A stretch of 64,000 nucleotides of DNA from NCBI GenBank assembly GCA_004431415.1, contig QPMI01000121.1, forward strand, positions 62,001 to 126,000, given 5' to 3'. Below the pieces are notes generated by a model, which had not been told where the DNA came from, ran no database searches, and was given only the letters and a program-made list of their open reading frames with translations. The position numbers were made by a program, and so were the translations under genes. Source of the stretch: Cyanophora paradoxa CCMP329 (Eukaryota; Plantae; Glaucophyta). Shown one piece after another: positions 1 through 11,500 of this stretch. Each line of letters opens with the position of its first letter. Position 1 is the stretch's first letter.

Positions 1-18
1 TCGCAGATCGGAGGCCAG

Positions 19-910
19 ATCGCAGTCGCGGCTCTCACGGCACGGTACTTCATGAAGGTATCGAGCAGCCGCTTTGTCTGGAGGAGGCCTAGGCCGACGC
101 TGGGGGGCTCTGACCCCGCGCCTCCCGCAGGGGCGGCGCGGCCGGCCGACTGAAGACGCACGCGGAGAGCTCGCCGATCGCGACAGTTCGTCGACTGCCG
201 GCTCGAGCGTGGCCGCAGATTCAAAGCTGCAGCTCCGGAATCCTGCCGTGGGCAAACAGCACGCAGCCTCTGCCAGCGACCTGAAGCCGGATGTGCCGAG
301 ATCCTCAACACCCTCGGGTTCCGTGCGCGCGCCCGCACGAATGACTCGGAGGCGGAGCAACAGCTTCGGCGACATCGAGGGGCTCGGGGCTGTCCATATC
401 TACGAGATCGACGACGACCCAGCGGAACGTGCATCAAGGGCCGCCCACGGGCAGCGCTCCAAGTCTCCTGCAGCTGGTCTGCCCCCGCGGCCGACGGCGA
501 CGGCGGGCGGCCACGGCCAGGCCTCCCGATCCGCGGGCCCTTCGTCCTCGTCGGTCCAGCCCCTCATCCCTGGCCCCAGCAGCCGCTACGCTTACAGCGT
601 CGCGAGCGCTACCGCCACGCTGCCCATCCCGAACCTCCCCGCAAGCGCAGTGCGGGTCATCAGCCTCTCGGGATCGAGCGCGGCGGGCAGTTCGAACTCG
701 AGCGCGGGTGCGAGCAGTATGGAAGCGCAGCGGAGGGCCGCGGCCGCGGGCAGCGTCGGGGCGGCCTCCGCCCCTTTTGAGCTCGTGGGGCCTTCTCTCG
801 ATTCCTCTAAGTCACCTTCGTCCTCGACCGCCGGCCCCAGCTCCGACAACGGCAGCCTAGGCCTGCGCGTGGAGCAACCGGCCGCGGGAACGCCCCTTGG
901 CCAGGCCTAG
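19..910 (+). CDS. Last two exons of an upstream paralog of the giant membrane-protein gene (Ser/Ala/Pro-rich C-terminal tail)
   Basis: Exon IAVAALTARYFMK, then a GT..AG intron, then the final exon 131-910. It is closely similar to, but diverged from, 29243-30141 (same RRSNSFGDIEGLGAVHIYEIDDDPA block). Confidence 0.8.
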
Positions 911-1155
911 GACGATGCTGTCCATGGGACAGCAGGCGCCGCCATCGACCGCGCTCGCTTCCAGATTTAGGAGAAGCATCTCGCTTACCTTGTAGCTTGC
1001 TTCACGTTGACTAGTAATCGCGGATATCGATGTATTGCAGCGATTTATGATGATCGTCACAAGAGTTTCGTAGAATGCAGCTCAGATTGATCCGGCTTTT
1101 TATGTAGCTAGAGTAAATATGTGGACTGTATCTATCCTATCAACGAATGCCATGG

Positions 1156-1985
1156 TCATGGGCCGAGCCTGCCGCCGAGGCCGCCGAGCGGGTCGGAGGC
1201 TTGAGCTCGGAGCAGCCGCCTGAGCCGCGCTGCGGCGAATCGCCGAGTCGCCGGCGATCGCGAGTTCGCTTCAACTTCGGGCACCCCCGAGGGCCCAGGG
1301 GCCCCGTCCTTGGAGGCGGCTGTACATGTCACCTGCCGCGCCGCGGCGACCAGCGCGACCTTGTCGCCCAACCTCGCCGCCAGCCTTGCGGCCCTCTCCT
1401 CCTCCTCCTCCTTTGCAAGCTCCTCAGCTGCGGGCTCCGGGAGGCCCGGGATCAGCTGCGAGAGACGTTCGAATTCGAATTGGGGCGGACCGGCGAGCTC
1501 GAGCTCCTCGGACGCGAGTGCGCTCCGCTCTTCGAACTGGTCCTCGTCGATTGGCCATGGCTCATTGAGGGCGCGCAGGTTCCAGTAGCAGATCTAGATG
1601 CAAATCTAAGCGCACGATCTTCATGACCTGTGCAAATCTAAGCACAGCAACACAAGTTTAGTTCGAAATTCAGGGCCCTCACCCGCGGCCGCTCGTTCGT
1701 GAGGCGATTCCGAAGCTTGCTGTGGATGTAGGCACGTAGACCAGTTGCGCTCGCAGAGAGAACAAGACATCGGAATCTGAGATCGAGAGGGTTTAGAGAC
1801 GAAATGGACAGGCCGAGAGTTATATATATTGAGGCAAACCGATGTGATGATCTTCATCGCCAGATCTAGATCACAGAGGGCCCCCACATGCAGGTTGTTG
1901 AGTGCGGGTTTCCGAAGTCCACTTCGTGCCCGGGGGCAGCAAGTTCGCGTGCGCCTTAATCATGAGCTGCTTCTTCTTCGAATTC
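1156..1985 (-). pseudogene. Degenerate hAT-family transposase, C-terminal dimerisation region
   Basis: The minus strand reads DLAMKIITS / IPMSCSLCERNWST, then after a frameshift AYIHSKLRNRLTNER. This matches the hAT motif LAxxxL..p.SS..CERxWS...IH.K.RNRL. An acidic tail exon follows (about 1156-1586). Confidence 0.75.
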
Positions 1986-2198
1986 CTGAAATTTAAAGCC
2001 CCAGCACTTGGCGGGGCCCACAGGGCCACAGCCTGGGCCCATTCGTCAGACCCTCACTTTGACGAATATTTGATAGTCTTGATCATGAACGGAAATTTTG
2101 TATCGAGAGGGGTACTAACGGCTAGCTGTGAGGACCCCTTTTTTTCGCGAGCTGTGGGCCTGTGGGCAGGCTAGCGCTGTGGCCCAGGAGTCCAGGAC

Positions 2199-2737
2199 TA
2201 GGGCTGGGCCGGTGGCGGCCGGTGGCAGTGGCAACCTCCCACCGACCGACCGGGTGGAAAATCTGGCCCACCGCCATACAACGCCCGGTACCATACAAAT
2301 TAAAATTCTAGGGGGGTAGGCTCGCAAAAATGTCATATTCTCGCGCACGAAAGTTTCATATTCCGTACTCACCCAGCAAAGTGCTGCTTAGTTCATCTTC
2401 CTCCGCTCCTGCCTTGCAATCGTGAATGACGTCGGAGCCCAAGGAAGCTGACGTCGACGCCATCGATATCGATATCCCGTACCCCGCCTGAGCACCAACC
2501 ACCCCGGCCTCCCCCACAAGTAAGGGCCACAACTGGCTTGAACCCGCCCCAAAGCACTCGCTTTATAATAATTTAGATAGTAGGCGCGTAGCGCCTTGAA
2601 GCTGTGCAGAATTTAGCGTATTTCCTGTCAATTTTCACGCACTGTAGCACGTACCCCCACCACGACCGCCACCGGTGGGTAACAGTCAGCGGGCCCACCG
2701 ACCCGGTGGGGGAAAACTCGGACTGTGCCCAGCCCTA
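2199..2737. mobile_element. Non-autonomous hAT element (MITE), 539 bp
   Basis: 11-bp TIR TAGGGCTGGGC / GCCCAGCCCTA. Perfect 8-bp TSD TCCAGGAC at 2191-2198 and 2738-2745. Subterminal CCACCG/CGGTGG repeats. Confidence 0.9.
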
Positions 2738-2779
2738 TCCAGGACCAAGGCGCCGGCTCGTGCCAGCCTCGTGGATATC

Positions 2780-4200
2780 ATGATTCATGTCATGATCATC
2801 AGTGATTGACAACTGACTCATTGCTGGGTCACTACTGTCGATTCACTGTCGATTCACTTACTCATAATTATAAGTTGTCATAAGTGATCATGATTCATAA
2901 CTCATAACTAGTGGCAGTCTAGTGCTGAGTCATCAGCCTGTATCAATCATTGATAAGATAGACGAATTTTGATTGGGCCGACTATATATGGTACTTGCAG
3001 ACTACTACTAGCCTACTAGTAAGTTAGTAGTAGAAACTTCAACTAACTCGTCGGCAAGTTGTCGCCGGCCGCCGCCGCGCCCGCCGGCCGGCGCCGGCCG
3101 CGGCCGGGCCCGGCGGGCCGGCGGCGGGCCGGCGGCCCCGGCCGCGGCCCGGCCCCGAATCCGGCCCCCGATCGCGATTCGCGATCGCGACTCGCGAGTC
3201 GCAGCTCAGTCGCTAGTCTCGCGAGTCGCGAGATTAATTACCCGATTCTCGCGAGTCTGAGTCGCAGTTCAGTAGCCGATTCATTACCCTAAATTAAAAC
3301 ACTTGAGTAATTAATGCGCGCACTTAATTAAGTTTTATAATGCGCCCCCTAAATTGGGCCCTAATTATGCGTTTTCCGCATGCACGTATATAAAACGCAT
3401 TAATTCGGGGGGCGCATTATTAATTTATAATCAGCCATATACTAGCTAGGGGTACCGGGCCTCCCGGCCCGACTCCCGGGTGTCGACGTCGCCGCGAGTC
3501 GGCGGCGACGTACTCGGCGCCGAGTCGCCGGCGAGTCGCCGAGTCGGCGGCGACTCCGCCGGCGAGTCGCCGGCGACTCGGCGCCGACTCGGCGACTCGT
3601 CGGGTGACGTCGACCGGGTCCGGCCGGCCGCGGGTCCAAAAACTCATTAATTTAATATCGGGCGCATTAATTGAGTGTTTTACGGTAAATATTGAGCGCG
3701 CGCGCGCCGCCGCCGGCGCCGCAGCGGGTTCGAAAACTTCGAATTGGAATTCGGGCCTATACTTCCGAAAAACAGTTTGGGGTACACACTGTACGTGCCA
3801 CGGTGCTCCGAGCCTCCTGCGCATGCAGGCAGCAGGCTGCAGCCTGCAGCCTGCAGGCTGCTGCATCATCAGCCTAGCGCGCTCTAGCTGCATAATCAGC
3901 CTGCATGCACTGCGGCACTGCGGCAGCTCCCGATCCTAAGATTCCTAACTTGATTCCTAAGCGGCCCGGGCCGCCCGGCGGCAGGTTCAAGTTAGGATCG
4001 GGTCACTGCGGCAGCTCCCGATCCTAACTTAGTAAGTGGCACTGTGCCGGCGCCTATAACTTAGTAACTAAGTTGCAATTGCCTAGTAGCAGTCCGAACG
4101 AAAGCTCGAGCTCGATCGAAATTCGGAGTTCGTAACGCGGGCGGACGCGGCCTGTAGACGTATATATATATATATATATACGTAGCACGGTAGCTACCAG
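2780..4200. repeat. Palindrome-rich low-complexity mosaic (GACTCGGCG, TCGCGA, CTGCAG and ATCCTAA motifs)
   Basis: Dense short inverted and direct repeats, e.g. CACTGCGGCAGCTCCCGATCCTAA twice and ATAATGCGCCCCC/GGGGGCGCATTAT. (TA)n run near 4161-4180. Confidence 0.6.
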
Positions 4201-4250
4201 CCTACCAGCCGTGGATTGTCAGAAAGCTTCGCCCATCGTACAGCGTACAC

Positions 4251-4773
4251 CAGTGATGAGTCTCTAATTTATAATACAAAATAATACTCATTTATATAAT
4301 TATTATAATAAACATTACTGTAATAGTCCCAGGGCGGCAGTTATCGATAACAATAAAATAACCGGGGGGGATACAGGCTGCAAACACTCTAAACGCTGCG
4401 TAATTCATGCTTAGCAACGCCTACGTCAAAAAGAAACGATGCGCAGCAAGCTATAAGAGTCGTACAGCATCTTTGGCGTTCCGGCAGGTCGCCCGCCCGC
4501 CCGTCCAGCCACGGGGGTACAGTGGGTACGGCGCCTCCCTCTGGTGAAACCACGGGAATTTAGATGTCTGCATTCTGAAATCCACAGTATAATAGCTTAG
4601 GCGATGTTCTTATCCCTTTTCTAACGTTTTCGAGCTGTTCTGTGAGGTGCAGGGGTGCCCTCTCTATGGAGCGTTATTTATAATACGCTAATCGTTATAA
4701 TAATATTATATAACGTTAGTGTAATATTATAATAAAAGAGCGGATTTTGGTCTAATCTGTAATCCCATCACTG
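4251..4773. mobile_element. Non-autonomous hAT-like element (MITE), 523 bp
   Basis: TIR CAGTGATGAG / CCCATCACTG (9/10 match). 8-bp flanks GCGTACAC (4243-4250) and TCGTACAC (4774-4781) match 7/8. AT-rich subterminal ATAAT repeats. Confidence 0.75.
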
Positions 4774-5519
4774 TCGTACACACGTTGCGTATGTACACAC
4801 GGTACGCAAGAGTCGTGAGTGCCTAGACGCGTTGCATGGCCATTGCCATGGCCAGCTTGCAGCGCCGCTGAGCTAACTCGCAGCTGGCATGCGCAGCAAC
4901 GAGGGGGGCGCACAAACTAGCTCTACATATGTACATGTGCGGGCCAGCCTGCTGAAGTATCAGGGCTGAGGCGCGGTCGGCAGCATCGTGCGCGAGTTGC
5001 AGTACTTCGACATCGACGGCGCGCGCGTACGCGTGCGCGGTCCGGTCGACAGCTGCAGCCTGGCCATGGCCTGGATGCTCGCGCTTTTCTGTACCGGCTA
5101 AACCGCTCAGATGCAGCGCGCAAGCATCCGCACGTGTGTATGAGCTGCAGCTGCAGCGGGCGCCGGCGCCGCGGCGCGGCTGGGCGGTCGCGGGTTCATC
5201 GGGCTCGACATATGCATGTGCCTCGGCGATAGACGATGACCGTGCACATGCATATGGGTCCGAGCCCCGGAGGCGGCGCGAGAGGAGGCCCAAGCGATCG
5301 CGAGGGCCTAGAAGATAGGACCGCCGGCCGCGGACAGATCATGCGGGCGGACTCGCCTGGCGTCGCCTCGCGTGCACGTGCGCGGCGCGCAAGCTCGAGC
5401 GCGCACGGATCTGCGTGCCGGAGACCGTTCACGTGCGTGCCCCGCCCGGAGCTGTTCGCTGCGCGACGCTGCGCGCATTTCGCTGATCGTGCCCCGCCAG
5501 CGCCTTGAGCTTTCGACCG

Positions 5520-8500
5520 ATGCGCCCCGCGGCCGCTGCCTTCCTCCTCGTCTTCCTGGGCATCTTGTGCGGCACTTCCGGCGCGGGACCCCGCTCGCAG
5601 GGTGCGCTGCTGGCTCTGGCAAAGCGCCGATCTAGGCCTGTGGCTCGATCTCCCCCCCCCCTCTCCCCCCCTCTCCCACCCTACCCCAATCCCCTCGCCT
5701 CCTTCGCCTCGTTTGCTGAGCTAGACTTGTGGTCCCTCTCCTACCTACCCTACCCCCTCCCTCCCCTCCCCCCCACCCCCCCCCCCACCCTCCCTTCACT
5801 CTTCCTCCTCTTCGGCCCGCCACCATCCACGGCCAGAGCCATCGCCGTCCCTCCATACCGCCCGTGCCCGCCCACCACGACTCCCCGCCGTCTGGAACTT
5901 CTTATCTCCCCCCCTCCCCTCCCCAGTCCCTCGCCTCCCCCCGCCCCCAGCCCTCCCCAAACCGACCCTGCCCGAAACCGACCCTACCCCGCCATCGGCG
6001 CCCCCGACCCGCGGCCGCCCCCCCCCCCCCCCCCCCCCTCTCCCCCAATTTCTCCCTCGCCTCCCTTCTCGGCCCCGCCTCCCTCGCAGTGCCTCCCACT
6101 GCTCGTCGCTCGCGCCCTCTACTGTCGCTCCGCCTACCCCCTGCTCTTCCCCCCTCCCCCTGCTCTTCCCCCCTCCCCCTGCTCTTCCCCCCTCCCCCCA
6201 CGCGCTGCCCTCTGCCCCCCCCCCCCCCCCCCCCCCTGACTCCCCTGCCCTGTCACCCGAGCTCCGATGCCGTCACGAGTTCCTCCGTCTTCCGCCCCGC
6301 CTCCCGCCACCCTTCCCTGGCCGTAGACCATGGCCAGAGTCATCGGCGTCTTTTCGGACTCTTCGGACTCTCTCTATCGATATCGCACAGCAGCTCTGCC
6401 CTATCGGACCTCCGGTTTTTAGTTTTCCGACGTAACAGATGCGCGCAGGCGCTGTCTTCGGGGCTATCGGCGGCGAAGCCCCGTCCGCCCTGCGCTATGC
6501 GGAGGTGCCGCCCTTCCCCCTCGGTGGTCCCATGGTGCGCCGCGCCGCGCCGCCCGCTGCGGTGAACCGGCCAAGCCGGCTGAGCTGTTCCCCGCAGACC
6601 TTCGAGTTCTGGATCCGAGTTCCGGTTGCCGTCGCGATGTATTCGAGGTACACACAGTCTTGCTTGTAGCCGGTCGTTCTACCCCAATCTCGCTGACGTT
6701 CCACCGCGATCGTTATTCACGATTGCCAGGGTGTTCGACTTCGGGAACGGCCAAGCCGCAGACAACATTCTCCTTCACTTCTGCCCGAACTGCAACGTGC
6801 GATCACGCAAATCGCAATTGGGCCACGAGCGCACGGTCGAGTCTCCCACTTTGAACGCGCTTCGCCCGGTTGTGCAGGTACCGAGCGGAAAGATAAACCT
6901 GGTCCTACAGCTCCGAATCTCCAACGATATCGTGGCCGAGGCACAGTTGTTCGGGGGCTCCAACGGCATTCCGGTCAGTGCCATTCGAAGCCAGCAGGCT
7001 GTCGGCGCCACTCGACTGACAGAATGAACTCATCCGTCCTCGTGCACAGATCGACAACAATTTTCATCACGTCATCATCGCGGTTTCGACTTCGGCAACC
7101 GCCTCGTACCGTGCGTGCTGTGGCACTGCTGCCTTGCGCTGCGGAGAGTTCGTTTGTGCGTTCGAGCTCCGCGATCCTGCAGTGAACGGGACCGCACGTG
7201 TGCCTGTGGGGCTCCCGACCGGCGCCGACCTTCCACGCATTACTCGCTCAAAGATGTATATCGGAAAAAGCAATTGGGCTGATCCAAACCCTGTTTCTGT
7301 GCGACTTGCGGGTGCGCTCATTAAACTACCCCTGTGCTTTCAAAAGTCTATTAGACCTCTTGGAACGCATCGGCAGCCTGAGGCCCTGCGCAGATTTCCG
7401 CATCTACTCCCGTGCCCTGTCTGCGGCGGAGGCAGCCGCGGCGTACATGGGATTTGTCCCCGCTGCCCCGATCGAGCTCTCCTACTCGATGAAGGGATGC
7501 AGAGGCCAGGTGCGCACGTGCAAGCGGTTGCGCCCTTAGAGCTTCCCTCCCTCATCGAGAGCGCCCGGGGACAGATCGTCGACGAGTCGCTCTACAAACG
7601 ACACGGGACGGTGTTCGGAGACCTGTACCCCCTGCAAGAGTGCCCGGGATCCAAGCAGGGCGCGCCCCTTCGTTTCCTCTTCCAGAGCGGGCGCTGGTGA
7701 GATCGGCATGCGCAGGCCTTTATTTCGGGACATCCACGGCGGGCGGCAACGTCGTACGGACTGACCGTTACGTCCTGGCGCCTACCTTCACGCTGGGCGC
7801 TCCCATGGTCCGCCTTCATAGATGCAACTCTTCATTCAAACACCTCGTGGTCCTTATTATATATATAATTATATACAATTATGCGCGCGTGCAGACGTTT
7901 TCGTTCTGGATATCGCTTCGGCAGCAAACGTATCAGTTATGGACCCGGTACGATACCATGACAATATTCGCGTAATTGTCAATTTTAATGTTGCTTTCGC
8001 GTACTTGCCCACCGTACAGCGTTATGGACTTCGGATTGAGCTCTAGCAATGGCTTTGTTGTGAACCTCTGTGATGTCGATCCCACTAACCAGGGGCAGTG
8101 CTACGTACGCACGGCTTCGATCGTCCGGATCAGAGCAGAGCCGGTGTTCGTTTCTGACAGTCTCCGTCGGCGCAGGCCGGTGCCGGGCGGGTCAACGTTA
8201 GATTGTACGCATATGCGCCCAATTTAAATTTGTGGCCCGCCGTCAACGTCTTTCCGAACGATGGCGGTATCCCGGTTCGTTTGCCGTAGGCCTCCTAATC
8301 TTTTTGCCGAAATACCGAGTCCGAATGCATCGCTCGCAATTGCAGGTCAACGACGGGAACTACCACCACTGCGCGGTGACATCGGGTGTCTGAATGAGAG
8401 CGCGTCCGCATCTCATATGAGAGTGCAGGTTGTCGTCACTACGTCGTCCACTTCGTTCTTCTTCAATGGGACCTTGATCAAAACGACGACGGCGTTCCCC

Positions 8501-11500
8501 GCGAGCGTTATTTCAAGCCTCGCTGGCTCGTTTTTGATAGGGGATTCCAACCTGGGCACCCTCGCGAGCCCAGACCCCCACCCTACCAACGCGCACTTGG
8601 CCGGTCGGCACCCTTGGCTGGGGCGTCGACGGGCCATGCCACTACTAAATCGCACACAGACTTTCGCGTCTTTTCGAAGGCGCTGACACCGGAAGAGGTT
8701 CTCGATGATTATCGCGGCGCCTCACCTGCGGGAGCGCTCGAGCTGCACTACGCTTTCAGAGGATGCCGCGGCCAGGTGCGCGCGCGCCCCTTAAAAGCTT
8801 GCCAGGCGCGGGCTCGCGCTCTGTGCACCTTAGCGCCGTGGCAGGTGCTTGACGAGTCCGGGCGCGGCCGCCACGGCAACGCCGTTGGCGATCTCGTCAT
8901 CCCAGAAGCGTGCGACAGCCCTCGCACCGGTCTGTCGCGTTCCTCGGTTCACACCGTTTCTCGCGAAATTGAGCGCGCGCGGACGCGCTCAGGCGCCTTC
9001 TTTGGGGTCTCTCGGGACCTCCGTCGCCGCGTGGATGTTCCGTCCTTTGCGCTCGGCACTCCGTTCACACTGTCGGCGTGGTGCGCGCGCGCCCTTCGGT
9101 TGTTTGCACAATTGAATTTGGGAATCGTTTTGCCAACGCGCTGCGCTGCAGGATCCGGTTGATGCAAGCGCCGACGGTATTCGAACGCCTAGTCGAATTC
9201 CACGGCACAGATCCAGCGACCGGGAATTTCTTCTTCAACAACCTTCAGTGGTATTTCAAATCTCTAGACTGGTCTATATTGACCGGGGAACATCTCGGAG
9301 TGGTTGATACCGAGTGCAGGTACTTCTGCCCTCAGGGCGGCTTGGATTACGACGAAACACAGAACCAATTCACCATCCCGTGCAATGTGCGTCCTTGCGT
9401 TTGCGAGCGACATCCATGTCATTAAATTGGCGGCAGGCCCCGTTGGAATGACCGCCATGGGCCTGGGTCTTGCGGTGGACACGACGTGGGTCGTGCGGTT
9501 GCAGATGTTTACGGGAGCGAACGCGCTTCCCGTCGACGGGTCGTGGCACCTCGTCACTGTAGTCGTGACCGATTCCCTCGTCACAACGTACCTGGACGGG
9601 CAGCCGATGCCGCATTCGAAGACGGGAACGAGCCTCTCCAACCGTGCCGCGCCCATACCGACAGTGACGCGGCCGTTCCACCGACTCGGATCCGCCTGGG
9701 ACACCCGCGACACGCGAGTTATGTTCGTGTCCGGTCAGTGCTTCGGCTTGCCTGCAAGATTTCCACTTCGACGTCGACTGTGTGTTGATGAAAATCATGA
9801 TCATGCAGACTTCGGCGTTTGGAGCGAGGCTCTGACTGCAGTGCAAGTCCAGCTTCTGTACCGAGACGACCCACAGCCAAGAGCTCTTTCGTCCCTCGAA
9901 CTGCTTCTGCCTTTCGCGGGCTGCGGAACGACGGTAAGTGGTTCAGCTCTGCGTGCAGATTCGATTAGAAATAGGATGCTAAATCCAGCAAACAGGCAAC
10001 GGATACTAGCGGCCGGGAAAGGCACGCAAGCCTCGTGGGAGACGTCGTCATTCTGACGGATTGTGTCCCACCCGCTGGCAACGCAAGTGCGTACTCTTGG
10101 GTTCCTCATTCAACCGCTCCTTCTTTTCTTGAATTATGCTTTTTGCGTCCAGGTCGAACGCGAATCGAGACCGGCAGGACTGCTACTGGCGTCTACTTCG
10201 GAATGGCAGGAACAACCAATGACTACCTGCAGTCAGCAGCATTCGAGCTCGGCACGCCATTCACGTTCAGCTTTTGGTGATTCCGCCTTATTGCAAGTGC
10301 CTTGATCTTGATCCGCATCACAAGTAACCTAATGGGGCGGCGACACAGGATCCTGCTGCAAAAGTCGCAAAATATGTGGGCGCGGATCGCAGACTTCGGC
10401 TCGGGAGCTCCTTTAGGTGAAGCGTCTTTATGATCATGTCGTATTCTGAGTCTGATCATTGCCCGTGAACCAATTATCGCGGTTAATTCGTAGACAATTT
10501 CGTTCTGGCCTTTTGCCCCAACGGCTTCGGATACGACGATGTGGCGATAGGAGCATCGCCAACGTGTTCGGTGATTTCTGGAGCTCTTCTTATGCTCTGG
10601 CGCATGCGCCCTGCTTTCGTTTAGCGCTCATCTAACTCGTTTTCTTGCGGACCTTTCTCTAGGTGGACGCGGGCAAGGTCGGCCTCGTGCTGGTCCTGTA
10701 CACCGGGGCTGGATCGCCGACGGCGATGATTCGACTGTTTCAGGGTGCGCCCATGCTTTTCAGTCGCGTTCACTGGCGTTGCGTTGATGCTTCTCAAGGC
10801 TCCGATGGCATCCCCGTCGACGGGCGCTGGCACCACGTCGCGATCACTTTGGCGGACGATGCCATTCTTACGTACCTGAACGGAACGCTGCGGCCCCACT
10901 CCAAAACGGGCACGAATCTTGCCGCTGCGGCCGCCCCGTGGCCCAAAAAGCAGCGTGCAAAGCACTGGATCGCGCGCGGGATGTGGGGCGACACAGGCGC
11001 TGTCGCCGCGGCGCTCTATGGTTCGCTGCGTGTTGGTTGCGGAATCCGAGAGCGTCCCTCTGGCCATGGGTGTCTTACGCCCTCGCAGACTGGAGGATAT
11101 ACTCCGCGGTCCTGACACAGGCCGAAGTGCTGGATGTCCTCGCTGGCAACGTATCTGTCGCCGCGCCGCTGGAGCAGCGGCTGGCTTTCGATGGCTGCGG
11201 CCCGGTGGTGCGTGGTTTCGCTTTCGAAAGAATGAAATCAAATCTATTCGCTTTTATTATTCACCGACTGCATGCAGGCATTGGACTCGAGTGGCTTCAG
11301 ACGTCACGCCACGTTGTACGGCGACACCTCTTTGCCGGTCGGCTGTCCCCCAGCGGTCCCGGGTGCTCATGATCATACCCTTCATCGATGCTAGCGCTTG
11401 CTTTGAGTGGCCTAAGCCTGTCGACAGATTCACCGGTCTTCTTTTGGGGGAATGGATGGAACGACTACGTCGCGTCTGCGCCGTTTGCATTCGGCGGCGA

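Noticed and set aside
5505-6565. Long proline-rich extensin-like ORFs
   Set aside because: They are read-through of a poly-C intron; only the signal-peptide exon is credible.
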